This document shows, piece after piece, positions 24,769-38,100 of a stretch of DNA of 64,000 nt (position 1 is its first letter; every line of letters begins with the position of its first letter). Position numbers and translations under genes: made by a program. The notes under the pieces are model-generated. The model was not told the DNA's origin. It did no database searches and worked only from the letters and a program-made list of their open reading frames with translations. The stretch is taken from assembly GCA_000182565.2 (NCBI GenBank), contig KQ257453.1; one strand, 5' to 3'. Source of the DNA: Spizellomyces punctatus DAOM BR117 (taxonomy: Eukaryota).

Positions 24769-27403
24769 CTATACAGACGCATCACGCATGGCACCATACA
24801 AAGCCGACACAACCAATCCCACATCCAGCGTCCGAGACGCAATCCTCGAAACTCGCCCCTCTCCAAAACTCGTTCTCCCCAGCCCGTCCCCAGTTTCCTC
24901 CTCTACGACTACCCCAACGCCTCCATCCGTCTCTACGCGGAGCGTCAGCCGATATTGATGAGGCGGTCGTGGATGCGCAAATGTAAACACGAGTTGTTCT
25001 GGTGGTGTCCAATCCTCGAGTTGCAGAGACACCATGTCCTCTTGAACAGCCTGCAACCCAAGCATGTGCGTATAAGCGTTGAAGCAACTTCGGACGAGTG
25101 CATTAAACGTCAATTGACGGCGCAAGAGCTGAAGAACGGGTAAGAGCTGGGAAGGGTGGGAGAATGGGATCTTGCAGAGGACCATGGCAGGTGTGCTCAT
25201 GTTGCTGGAGAGGGTATATGACTGAGTGATGGGATGGGGATTGTCCCGCGTTTTGCAGCTGGTGGATCGAAAGACAGTCGCGTTGCCTAGTGTGCCTGGC
25301 GTTATAGTGGAATCTCGTACCTGTCAGGCAGAGCGCCCATCAAAACACGGCAACTTCGGCAGGTAAAAGCAAAAACACGCATGACTTACCAAAAGCTCCA
25401 GCATAGTCCCATACCGAAGCCCACCATCCACAGACTCTTCATTCAATTCATTACCAAAGTCCTCTACACTAACAATCCCAACCACCCGCCCAATGTCTCG
25501 CGCAACAGTCGTGGCTGCTGCGATCGGAGGAGTCAGGCGTAGGAAATATGTGATGGCAGCCGTCTCGTTCGACGTTGGCAACGGATTGTAAAATGTTAGC
25601 GGTGTTATATTTCGCCAGGATGCACCTTGTATAAGATTATAATACCTATCACCAGCCTTATGTTTAGTAACCAACAAATGAGACGTGGTCACTGGGAGGA
25701 CGCATACTTACTCTTGCTCATTCGGTGGCAGCTGCAAATCTGCCCGATTACCCGGAACCAAATATTGGTTTTTAAATTTTGGTAGGAAGCGTGTCAGCGG
25801 GTAAGATTCCATATCAATAAATGCTCTACAGACTCCAATGACTGGGAACATTTTTCGTAGTCGAGTTGGGGTGATTTCTAAATAAAAAGGTGTAAGAAAG
25901 ATCAGTAATAATCTCCCAACAATGTGCTCGCTTCTCTACAAAAATGCATACCTCCACTCCAATCAATCTCCAACCTCGCCGTAGGGGTGGCCCAATACAC
26001 GACAGATGGACCAATCCTTTCGCAATGCATGAATGGAAGCCCATGACCTTCAAACATCACACTTTCGAAATCATTGCCACTGTTTGCTCTAATGACGAAA
26101 AGAGTCATATTGGTTAAAAATTATTTCAGCCGTGGAGTGTGCTACAGTAACATGATAACGTACAATTCAATTTGATGAATTGATAAAAGATCATTTTCGA
26201 TGCATTTAATTTGATGGAACCCGGCATTTGCATCCAGGAAGGCCAATGAAGCAATAGATTTTTTGAATGACTCAAAATCGCCTTTGCTAGAGAGGACAGT
26301 GTCAAGATTCTTTAATGGTTTTAGATCTGTGAGACTTTTATGCACATACCTCAACATCTCCGTCAAGAGTTCATCGGCCTCTTTAATGAATGCGGGGCTC
26401 AGTTACATGTTCCCAGTACGCGCTCTTTTGCACTACACATTGAACCCACCAATTCATGTTGCTGGTGTTGAGGATGTGTATCTGATGCATATGACAACTT
26501 GATCTTTGTGACAACTCCTGGAGGGCTAATAACGATCTGAATAAAAGAATAACCGATATTTCAAACACGATCCATATGCGCTAACACGGTCGAAAGAGAT
26601 GCTCATGCTCACATCAACCACAAAGATCGTTCCACAGATGGTTACTGTAACCACTGATGTGTCTTCAAAATGCGCGGATAAGTAAAGCTGCAATCTAAGA
26701 AACCCGATAGCTCCAACGTGAGTTCCACACACAGCCATCCGCCCGCGCCCGACTAGACCGCATGACACTTACCCCATGTCCGCTATGAGTTGCTCCAGTT
26801 TTTTCGCCACTGCATCGACTCCCATTTTTTCGGGCGTAGCCAACTCGTCTTTGGCAATGAATAGGCATTCTGTCAGAGCAGTTTTCAGTGGCGTAATGGA
26901 CGATTGCAAGATCGAGCGATCCTATGTCGCAGAGAAGATGTGCATGTTTGTGTCCAAAGTCGTCTGTAACAGGTAGCCCACCAATACGAACCTTTAACAA
27001 CTCTAGAAACTCTTCCACGTCTCCGTCTCCCACGTCTCCCAGAGTTCCATCAAGGGTTCCAGTGAGAGTTTCATCCCTATACCGTAACAGTGCTGCCTGC
27101 ATTTGTTCATGTATCGCTAGCAATGCTACTTGTCGGTCGTGCGTATTTATTGCCAGCGGGTGTATAACTGTTTGGTTTTTGTTGTTTCAAAAAAAAAGAA
27201 ACGAAAAAGAGTTGGCATTGTGCCAAGAGCTGTGTCAATGTTCAGCCAAAAAGCATACAGTTTGCTGCACCGTGAGTCTGATCTCCGCTGGGTTTCAGAG
27301 AAACGTTTAGCTCTTGGAGTAGCAGCTTTAGATCGCTTTGCAAGTCTGTGAGGCTGCTGCCTATAGTTCGGGAGGGTTGAAAGGGGCGTGGGTTCATGGC
27401 CAT
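24769..27403 (-). CDS. MED1: Mediator subunit Med1 (fungal type), multi-exon
   Basis: Motifs TVTICGTIFVVD, FESFKKSIASLAFLD, GHGLPFMHCERIGPSVVYW and KIPFSHPSQLLPVLQLLRRQLTFNALVRSCF. First exon MAMNPRPF... splices in frame. Confidence 0.85.
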
Positions 27404-28082
27404 TATGATGTTTGATAGTCAACTGAAGGGTGGCTGTGAGCTGGGATGATGAGGGAGTGGAGCAGAACGCTCGTGCCACTTACCTCTGTTGAGCAAAAGC
27501 TGACGACGCTTGACTAGCAAGATGGCATCTAGATCTGTAAGCTGATCGCAAACCACCTTTGGAGCCCTGGGTGAGAAGGGCCCATCTGCTAAATCACGTG
27601 CCATGTTGGCGTCCCTTGCAAAACGAGATGGACATTGGAAGGACATTGGAAGCCTTGCGAGATCTTGTCAAAAGGTGTTGAATGTCCTCTTGTTGGAGTG
27701 TATGGCCATGACACACAAACACAAAACACACACAAGACAAATGTTTTTTTTTTTTTTGCTAGCATGTCCACCCAGAAATCTCGCCAGTATAACTATTGCT
27801 TCCTTGCTTCTTTGCTTGCTTGCTTGCTTTGCTTGATGACACTCTTTTCATCTTGCCATCTCTTCTTGCGTCCTCTTCATTGTTGCTGGTTGTGCATCCG
27901 TCGTGCTTTTTCTGTGTGTTCAAGTCTATGGCCGTTTACCTAATGGACAAAAACACATCACGAACCCACGAAAGGGCCCGACGCGTCAGTTAGCGGCAAG
28001 GCGTTCAAATTGCGGTGTTCAAAGACTTTATAAAAGCTTCTTTGCTTGGCTGGCTGGCTTACTTTACGCATAGCAAAACGTC

Positions 28083-29008
28083 ATGTCTGAAGTACCGATT
28101 TACGGACTCGACAAGGAATTGGGTATGCTCCAAAAGAACAAAATGCAATTGATATACCATGGGGGCTCATTCCAACATTGGATTGATATAGCTGCAAAGG
28201 CCGCGGCAAAGTACGATCCTGCGCGAGAGGCTGAAGCACGGGCTTGGGTGGAAGAGGTGACCGGCGAGAAATGTCAAGGGGAAACGTTGCAAGATGGGCT
28301 GAGGGATGGCGTACTGCTTTGCAAGTGAGTTTGCCCGTTTTTGAACAAAATTCACGCAAAAAACACTTTTTAAACAATGAAATTAGACTGATCAACGTCC
28401 TGCTGCCCGACAAGCCGCTCAAATTCACTACATCGCGCATGCCGTTCAAGCAAATGGAAAACATTAACCACTTTCTTGGCGCTTTGACAACCTACTTTCA
28501 AGTTCCCGCCTCGGATCAGTTTCAAACGATCGACGTATGTAATGTAGTTTATCTTTTTTGTTTTTCATTGGGATTTTATTCGCCTAATCCATCCGATTTC
28601 CCCGTTTGCTACGTCTAGCTCTATGAGAACAAGAACCCCAATCAAGTAGTCGATACATTGTTTGCTCTGTCACGCCACGCACATAAACTCGGATACCTGC
28701 CTAATGGGCCGACTTTGGGACCGAAGCTTGCCGAGAAACGCGAACTGTCCTTTTCAGACGAGCAGTTGGCCCAAGGGAAGAGCATAATCGGCTTACAGAT
28801 GGGGTTTGCAGGAGGCGCCAGTCAGAGTGGTATGGGCGCGTATGGTGGGAGAAGACAGGTTGTGGACCCGTCAGTTGGCACTGGGGATGTTGCCGGGACA
28901 AGTCAGCAGATGGGGTTTAGTGGGGGTGCGAACGCAAGTGGTATTGTCTATGGTGGGAGACGAGAGATTGGCGGCGCAGATCCAGGGAGACGGCCTGTAG
29001 ACCAATGA
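28083..29008 (+). CDS. Calponin/transgelin-family actin-binding protein (CH domain + 2 calponin repeats), 4 exons
   Basis: MSEVPIYGLDKEL-AAKAAAKYDP; LRDGVLLCK; MPFKQMENINHFL; FQTIDLYE. Repeats IIGLQMGFAGGASQSGM..YGGRRQV and SQQMGFSGGANASGIVYGGRREI. TATAAAA at ~28029. Confidence 0.93.
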
Positions 29009-30625
29009 CAACCATGGCGGAACCATGGTTGTGTGTAATGGGGGCCTTTGTTTTGGATGGATGACAAGTATCGGTTGACGGGATGTAGCGCAGAAGTAAT
29101 GTGGTTCACCAGATACAAAACACTCTAGATACACAAAGACATCTCTGAGACAATGGGGGGAAAACCATCAAACATGTTGGGGGCCCTCTGGCCTTGTGCT
29201 CGAAACCCAGTAAACCAGTCGCAGCACACGGCTTTGTTGATAAAGTGTTGGTGAAGGTCTCACAAGTTGACTAATGGCTGTCGTTATGTATACTCTAGTT
29301 TTTGCATGCACGTTTTTATTCTACAAAACTATCGGTTGTGTATGTGTGTGTGCAGATTGGACAAGTGCAGATTGGCTGATCCCCAACCAGTAGAGATGAA
29401 CCTTGTCAATCTTTACCGTTGCTTGCCGCAAATCATCCCTGCAATCATGCCTCTTGGCGTTTGCCAAATCCATCTCCTACATATCCAAATCTCTCCGTAT
29501 ATAAAAAAAAAAAAGCGATATGAAAATCAAAAATAAAAAAGCACACTTGTCAATAAACGTGGCGTGCCCAAAAACTCAAAACGCGCAGAGTTCCTTGTTT
29601 GTTTCATTTTGTTTTGAAGTAGGCCTTTTGGCAACACTTTCTTGCTTGCACACGGTTCTTGACACTTTGTTTTTTTCAAGTGTTTGGAGTTGCATGGAGT
29701 TTGTGTGTTTGTCGTTCAAAGTTCCCTATCGTTCGTAACTGCTACATACTGGCCGGGGGACGTTTAGCGTTTTGGTTTTTACTCCATTCTCCGTTTGTCT
29801 ACAGACGTAGAGTTTGAAAGTGGGTCGACAAAAGAAAAAAGATCGAAACGTTCGATAAAAAAGTCCGCCATCCTTCTCGCTCCAACTTGGTTGTTTCGTC
29901 CTTTTGTTCAAAAGGTCCTGAAGGAAGAAACAAGTTTGTTTAAAAAGTAGCTACCACCCTTGTCGCTCCGTTTCTTGTTCGAAAGATACAAGCGGCTGTT
30001 CTTGTTTTGCTCCTCCCCTCGGCCACGAAGTTATGCGTACGAACTTCAAGTGTTGATATTTCTCAGCATTCTTGTTCAGGTATATATCTGTTGGGTATCC
30101 GAGTTCCCTTGCATTCTCTCCTTGGAGCAAAAAGGTGAGAAAGAAGGAACAAACATAAAGGGCCACAAACACACACAAGAGGACTTGTTGGTTAGAGAAC
30201 TTGAAGGTGGACTTTTGGGCTTTCGCCATTTTGCAATCGTCGTTTGGGTTCAACTACGGAAACCTTTTTGTTTAAACCATGTTCAACTTGCTTGTTGTTC
30301 TTGTTGCTTTGGGCGCTTGCGTGAACTGCTAGTGTTGCTATTATTGTCTGGGGGTGCCAAGACACACATATAGGTTCGCGCTTGCCATTTCCCACAGCAT
30401 GCACAACTGACATGGCAATCTCTTTTGGACTTTAGAGCTTCCACCTTTTCGCAAAGACAAACTTTCGGCTGGCTGCTGCTTATTCAAAAGGACTCGTACA
30501 CTACTTTATATATTTCCCGCTGCGGGACAACCCCCAACAAAAAAAAAACGAAACGAGCGAACTTGCCAAGAATTGGGCGCAACTTGCAACCAAAACACAC
30601 ACACTCTGAAAAACACCCGAGCAGT

Positions 30626-33287
30626 ATGGAGCCGTCCTTGGATGAATTGTTTCTGTCTGCGACAGCAGCAGTGACAGCACCTTTGCTCGATCCATCCAGT
30701 TTTCAGACGCACCACCACGACATTGATACACATATGCTCGACTTTGACATGTCTTTTTTTGAAGACTTTAACACCCACCAACAACTACTACACGACGAAC
30801 AACCACCACACACTCCTCAAGGACACGAACAACAACAACAACATCAGCAGCAGCAGCAGCAACACGAGCAAGAGCAGCAACAGACGGCAGGTCCCGTCAA
30901 TGTTACTGTTACCGATATGTCCAGCATGCACAGTCCGACAGTACATGCTTTCGTTTCAAACGGAGCGCAGCTGGTCTCCTCTTCCTCCTCCTCAATACCC
31001 AACGATTCCATGATGATATCCTCCCCCACAGAACCCACAATGTCTCTCAATCCTCCGTCTGGAACATCTCTTCCCTCTACTACATCCCCTTGGGGAAGTT
31101 TACCATCAGAGCCCAAGGTCATGCGCCTGTCGCGACATCGCCGAGTTGCTTCCATTGGCTCTCCGTCTGGGAATGATAAGCCTCATCATCTTCGATCGCC
31201 TTCGTTCCAAGTGCTCTCGCCAGGAGGATCCTTATCGGGAGGTGAACAGACTATGGATCAGCTTAAAAAGAATGTCTTCCGTCCTTCCCATAGGAGGGGC
31301 ATGTCCGTTGGGGGCCACTCGCTAAACACGGGTCAGATGGCCGCCCATCCATCTGTGTCGGCACTCAAAAGCCCGCCCTTGCAGCGACAAAACTCTAACC
31401 CGTTAAGCAGTCCCAAATCCCCTTCATCACCCTCACCCACATCGCCTTGGTTGCAACAGCAACAACATCAATCTCCGACCTCGACTCATATCCGGACTCC
31501 ACCTCGTGCGTCCCTACCGGACATTAGTGACCCGCCTCAGCCGACCGTCCAGGCTAGCCGAACTCACAACATGGGACATCGGAGAGGCTATTCCATTGGA
31601 ACATTCGCTCCTGAGCCGGCATCGCACCTTCCTCACTCACCTGTCAATGATCCTGCCCTTGTTGCGATTGGGTTCAGCATGGCTGCTCGCCGCCAGCACT
31701 CTACGGATTCCATTCCGTCGTCAGCGACAAATGCCGCGGTGCACGCCAGGCAGCTGGCATTGGGGCATCGACGAGGTAGTTCCTTAGGACATGGCTTAGC
31801 GTCGCCTGGCGCCCAAATGCTTTCGTCCCCGCAACTGGATCCGCACATGCACTTGGGATCTGGATCAATGCAAGGTATGTTGCATGAGTAAGTTTTGGTG
31901 GCACTATCTGCTTATACTGACGACGTCCCAATGTCTTTTCAGTCCTACACTCTCCAACCGCATCGTCCGTTCAGTGGTCGGCGCCATCTTCCCCTGGCCC
32001 CGCTTTCCAGCAACAGAACCATAGTCGTAGGGAGTCACACTCCTCTCAAGCTAGTTTCCTGCACTCCCCAAGCCTGACGTCCACGTCAGACGTTGATCCT
32101 CAAGTGCTAGAGACATTTGTGAACATGCAACTCCACGCCGATGCAGAGTTTCCTAGCGCGGGCAGCAGTGATTTGCACGGGTTAGGAACTGGGAGTTCCG
32201 AGATGACAGCGCAAATACAGCAACGGGAGCTCTCCATCTTGACCGATTTGCAGGGAGGCATGTATCCGTTTGGCATGGAGGAGCTTGGAATGGATATGGA
32301 CGAGCTGGGAATGGGCATGGCGAGCGAGGACCACTCCAACCCTCCTACTACTACGACTTCTGGGTCCGATGATTTTCTCCACACACCACTCGGTCTTCCC
32401 GATGCTGCCGCCTTGGCTGCTGAAGCGCTACTCGGTGCATCCAACAAGGACGCCATGATGGTCTCCACCCCCAAGAGTCAACCTCCCGGTCTGAGTCCCA
32501 CTAAAGAGGAGCCAAAGGAAGAGGATGAAGAAGACGGGAGTGGAAATTCTTGCGCGGAGGATGAAGAGGATGCAGAAGAGACCTCAGCTGCTATCGAGCA
32601 AGTAGAACACCGGTGCCGATGGACAAACTGTGACGAGCTGTTTGACACCGTTGAGGAACTTGTTAGCCATATTTCTGACCTGCACATTGGGGTACGTGCC
32701 GTCCATCCCTTTTTTAGTCAACGACCGATATCTAACTCTTCTCATTAGTCTGGAAAGGCTACCTACAAGTGTGAATGGGCAAACTGCACGCGCAACCAAA
32801 GACCCTTCACAAAGCGTCACAAGATCCACAATCATCTCCGTATACATACGGGTGAACGACCGTTTGAATGCCCTGTACCAGATTGTGGCAAAAAGTTTTC
32901 TCGACAAGATGGACTTAATACGCATATTCGGGTACGTTGTGAGATTATTTTTCGTGAGCCAAGAGTCGAAAAGTGACTCAACCTCGACCATTTTTACAGA
33001 CTCACTCCAATATAAAACCTTACGTCTGCGGCTTTTTCGGCTGTGGAAAAGCCTACTATCACTCCCGCTCTCTACGAAAACACGAAAAATCCCACCTCCA
33101 TCCCGTTCTCCTCCCTATGAACCTCCTCCCAATGTTTAACCAGCATCCCCAACAACAACCCATGGTTCAACATGGGAAAATGATGGTTGTTGATAATGGA
33201 TTTTATATGAGCCATCCTGCTGGGTACGATCAGATCCCGATTGTACCGAGTCAGAATTGGGAGACGGATGGCAGATATTTGCAATAA
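30626..33287 (+). CDS. C2H2 zinc-finger transcription factor with tandem CWCH2 fingers (Gli/Zic/Zap1/PacC-like), 4 exons
   Basis: Four fingers: [46 protein letters not shown] and CGFFGC..HEKSH. Long S/P/Q-rich N-terminus with an acidic patch. Confidence 0.92.
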
Positions 33288-33904
33288 TTTCGGATTTTTT
33301 TTGAGACATGTTTTCAACAAGACAAAAAAACGGAATGGATTTGAATTTAAAAAGAAGAACCAAGTTGCATATATCATTTGAACAATTTGGATTAATAGTT
33401 TTTTTGTTTTTTAAAAATGTTAACAGTTGGTGGACCACGGAGTTTGTTATTGTTTTTCTTTGTATACACCTTTTTTTATTTTTATATTTTGTTAGTGTTC
33501 GTCAAACATACACATGCAGGCATTTTAATTAGTTTGTTGCATGTTTTGTTCTTGTGGGAGGGGAACATGTTCATACCAAAATACAATCGAGTATATGAAA
33601 ATTACATGGTGGAATATTTGGTTTGCGATACACTAGCATTTTCATGTTATTTGAATCCGCTTGAACATTTGGGAAAAGTCCTCGTAACGAGCGGTAATTG
33701 ACGCATGGAGAGAACATGTCATGAAATAATGCTCGTGTGTTTTGCACGCATGGCAAGGCTATCTTCAAACATTGAGAGGCTCTGGTAAAACAGGATAGCA
33801 CAGCGAAAATGGCTTGTCCTTCAACACATTGTCCATGGCATACAAGCCCAATCTTCTGCCCCAAAGTCTTTAGGGGAAAAAAAGATTCGGATGACGTTCA
33901 TACA

Positions 33905-33976
33905 AGGTCCCACCGAGAATCGAACTCGGGTCGCAGGATTCAGAGTCCTGAGTGCTAACCGCTACACCATGGAACC
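33905..33976 (-). tRNA. tRNA-Gln (anticodon CTG), intronless
   Basis: Reverse complement GGTTCCATGGTGTAGCGGTTAGCACTCAGGACTCTGAATCCTGCGACCCGAGTTCGATTCTCGGTGGGACCT is 72 nt and folds as a cloverleaf. A and B boxes are present; the anticodon stem is CAGGA/TCCTG. Confidence 0.97.
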
Positions 33977-34282
33977 GACAACTTGTAATAGGCCATTGGA
34001 TATTTCTGTCGAATACACAATGTACTGCATTACAAGTTTGCTGGCGAGTCTGATATCGTTTGCGAGCTCAAAAGTCGATAAAAACTAGTTGGTACACAAA
34101 AGCCTTGCAATATATTGTTCAAGATTATGAAAAAATATAAAAGTATCTACTCGAATGCAACATTGATCAATGTCCTTTTCAAAAATAATCCCTTTCCACG
34201 GTGCTAAACCTTCTATGCTCTTGCAAAATAAAAAATTGAAAACACCTCAGCCCACCCCGCCCCTGTTTGTCCCTGCTTTGCA

Positions 34283-34816
34283 TTATCGTCTTTGTTTGCG
34301 CACTTGCTTTGTAATACTTTTCATCAACTTGCTTTTGAATCCTGCGGGACGTGGAGTGTTTGCTGATGATGGGATATTGCGATCCACAGGTAGAGGGCCT
34401 GATTGTCCATTCGAGGTTTTTCGACTCCATTTGTAATGTCGTTGTTGTTTTGCAATGTATGTGCCAATCAATCTTTCCAGATCTGGGTGATCTCGGTTGG
34501 GACAGGCGATTCGCTGGTTGCCTTCCAGATGCATGAGAACCTCACCCTAAATAACAAGTTAGTAATCATATGAGAGAAAAGTTACAGTAGGGCTGTGTAG
34601 GTAGCAGATACTTACGATTCGAGTAAATTTCCTTTGACATAGTGGACAGTCAAATAAATCGGCAGCGTCGTGGTTTTCATGTGTGGCTTGATGCCTGTCT
34701 CGGCCTTGTTTGCTGGTGAAGAGTCCATGGCATTTTTCACATTCGTATCGAAACTCTTCAAAGGCTCTGGCGTGGGGGGTCTTGGGTGATTTGGAGGTTG
34801 CTGTAGTGTTTTCCAT
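34283..34816 (-). CDS. Small two-finger C2H2-type zinc-finger protein with basic tail, 2 exons
   Basis: YECEKCHGLFTSKQGRDRHQATH, then FDCPLCQRKFTRI-GEVLMHLEGNQRIAC, where the second finger ends atypically. A GTAAGT...TAG intron joins the exons in frame. Confidence 0.75.
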
Positions 34817-35163
34817 TCTGGGACTCTGTGTTTATCTGCGGGGTTTGAAATAGGGATGGGACGGGAAATGTCGAGTAAAGAAAGAAAAGATTGTGCTACT
34901 CTGCGCAGCGCTACTAAAAGCGTTCCGTTGCTGTAACGCCGATCGCGGCTGTCCTTTTATGCTTCATGCCTTGTGGCGATCTATTCGTCATGAGCTGTCA
35001 AAAGGCCCGTCAAACTTCCCCGCCAGGATGACAAGCTATCCACGTGACGACTGCGCGCTTTAAAAATCGCGTCAGGGCGCTTGGTGTCAACTTTCCCACG
35101 TCCCCCCCTTCATCGAGTTGAGGCAGCTGCGCAAAAGGCCAAAAGGCGTGCTACAACGAAAAC

Positions 35164-38100
35164 ATGCTCGCTCATCAAGCCAATGTTGCGCTTGTAGAAC
35201 GTGGTAACGGGGATTCACGTTCCCACCTCTCCTCGTTCTACAACAGTAGTGCTACTCTTGGAGGAGTTTCCAAAGGCCGTATAGACCAAGAGGCACTTTA
35301 CGATAGACAGGTACGTGCACCCCTTTTGAGTGGGTTGGAACACAACCATACAAGTTGGCTGTGCAGCACGGTGAGTGTGGATATGATATGCCCTTCTTCC
35401 GGTCTCGGCGTCGTCAACCGCTTGTTGGACCACGTTGGACCACTCTGGCACTAGCGTGCTAGAGGAAGCAGGTGTATCTTGTATCCCATTCAATCCGTTG
35501 AGCGTTGACGCATTTTGATACCGTGTTTAACGCGAGCAATTGCGGCGGATCAAATGAGACGTTTATAGAGCATATTACTGCTCTACTGTCAGCGTATCAT
35601 GAAGCACGGCGATGGATGACACGAAGCCGGGTCATCGCAGACGATGAATCAAGCTCAAGTGTGTAGCCGTTCAAGCAAAACCTCCCTGTCGGATACTTTA
35701 TACGCTTGTCTGTTCCCACATGGTCACGATATTCCGTGTCTGCGGTAACCTTGTCCCAGTTTTTACATTACTGTAACATGCTGTGTGTCTTGTAGATTCA
35801 AGACGGCTCAAAAGAGAAGACAGTCAGATTTGCGGCTGTCAGTCAAGACTTTATTTCAATTGGTACGGGTTTTGATCATCTTGGCGACCATCTCTTCAGC
35901 GATAACCAATGTAGTATCGTTGGTAGATTGTTCGGATAGCGATAGAGCCCGTGATCGTTTCCGGGAACAAACAGGGGATTACTATAGACCCTCAAATTCC
36001 GTAGCGGAAAGAAAAAGTTTAACTGAAAAAGATTACCAGAAGAAGATAGCGAAACAGCGCAAAAAAGCGGTAAAAAGATTGATCAAACAGCACAAGTTGC
36101 AACAATTGATCGCGGCAGGGCCCGGTGTTACAACGGTAGGTGGTGCTCGAATAGCTGCATTTTCTCCGATAGACTCTTAAATCTTAGTCCAGCGGTCGAT
36201 GGCGAGGAGACAACAGACAAATGAAGATTCTACGTTGGTGGATGCGACAATGGTATGCTTCAATCACCGTTTTCGGTATCTGGTGTGTCTGATTTATACT
36301 GGGCTCCACAGCAATCCTCCCTCAGAGGGTCACCGCCACAAACCGAGAGAGAGATGAGAGAATTCGCCAAAATCAAATACATAGCATGGGGGGAAGAGCG
36401 GAAAATCGAACATTGGGCAAGGGTGGAAAAGCAGCTGGAAATCATTAGAAAGGATGGGAGAGACATAAGAGTTGTGAATAACTCTCTTGTTGAGGTCGTG
36501 AATGGAGTCAATACGGAACTTGGGCGTTCGGAGCAGAAAAGATTGAAAAGAGATTTGAGGTCGCGAAATGAAGTGGAAGCTCTCAGATTGGCTGGGAGGG
36601 ATGTTCGATTTGAGGATGGCAAAGTTGTGGAGACTGTAAATGGCGCCAGGGTGATGCTTAGATGGAAAAGAGGACGTCTTGTGAATCCGCAGGAAGCTGA
36701 ACTGCTAACCCGGCAGAAAGCACTGAGAAGGAAAGAGAGACAAATGGCTAGGGAACACCGAAAGGGCGATGTGTGGGTATCACCAGCACATTCTACCCGA
36801 ACAGCGAAGCGAAAGTCGGGGCGGAAACTCTTCGAGGACGGTTATTATGAACCGGATGGTGGGGAAGTCACAGAATTGAGGAAGCAAGGCCGGTGCCAAG
36901 TGGCTAATCGAAAAGATTACTCTACCTTGGTGAGAAATGTGTGGTATTATGTTCATTGGCTTCGTTCGTCGATCTGATATTTATGGCTTTTGTAGGGGAA
37001 CTACCTGTCAGGTGCCCCGGAAATAGAAGTGTATACAGATGGATCTCTTCGTGCTCGAGGAGGGGCTTGCGCTATCGGCTGCTTCTTCCCGAACAAAGAG
37101 CGATGGTGTGTAAAAAGAAGTTACGTTTGGAAAGGGTGGCCTGCTCAATTTCTGCTTTTTAGTCACATCTCTCGGGTCGTCCCTGGTAGCACTTCAAATG
37201 ATGCTGAGGTGCAGGTGCGTGCGTTGTGCAATGCCCTTCTCTGGCTTTGCAGCGAATCCTCATGTTTTGCTCTTACATTTATCAGGCATGTATAGCTGCC
37301 TTGCGTGCTATTGGGGATGGTGTTAATGCCATTATCCACGTCGACTGCCTGAGTGTTATTACGGGTGAGGCGCTCCTTGGCCAATCTTCTACTATCAAGC
37401 ATGTATTCTTATTACTGTAACATCTCAGCTATGCAATATGCAGCATCTGGCAAGCCTGCCGAAGGCAAGTACACGTCTGAATTGGCGGAGGTAAGATAAC
37501 TATCCATCCAATGCACTCAAATATGATTTGACAATGTCCCCTATTATTACAGCTTGTGTTGACTCGCAGTGGTGGTACACGCTGGAAGTGGGTGAAAGCA
37601 CATGTTGGAAATCGCGGAAATATGGAAGCCGACAAACTCGCTGGCATGGCCGCTATCATGTGGAGCATGAGAGGACAAAATGAATTTCACCGGGATGTCC
37701 GAATAGCTGATTTCATGAAATATGAAGAAGGAAAGCGGCCTCAAATTGCACCAGCTTATGAAGTTTCAAGAGCACCGGATACTCGCACGGGGATTGCAAT
37801 GAGTAGCACCACTGAACTGACTGTGGGCGCTGTGATCGACAATGAGATGAAGGCATCGACGACAGGTGAGGACGCCAAGTCCACCATGGTGAATGTCGAA
37901 GTATCAGCCATGGAGAATATCGAAGTATCGGCGATGGATATAGTCGTGGACAATGGCAACGCCACAGGAAACGCAGAGCAAGACTCAAGTGGATCTGATA
38001 TGGACTTGGATTCCGATCTTTCCTCGAGCGATAGCTCAGATGAGGACTCGGAGGAGGACCATGCTGCGCACACGATGTTTGTGGAAAATGAAGATGGTTC

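Noticed and set aside
29050-30600. Short ORFs upstream of the zinc-finger factor
   Set aside because: T/A-run-rich sequence without coherent exons; more consistent with an extended promoter or 5' UTR.
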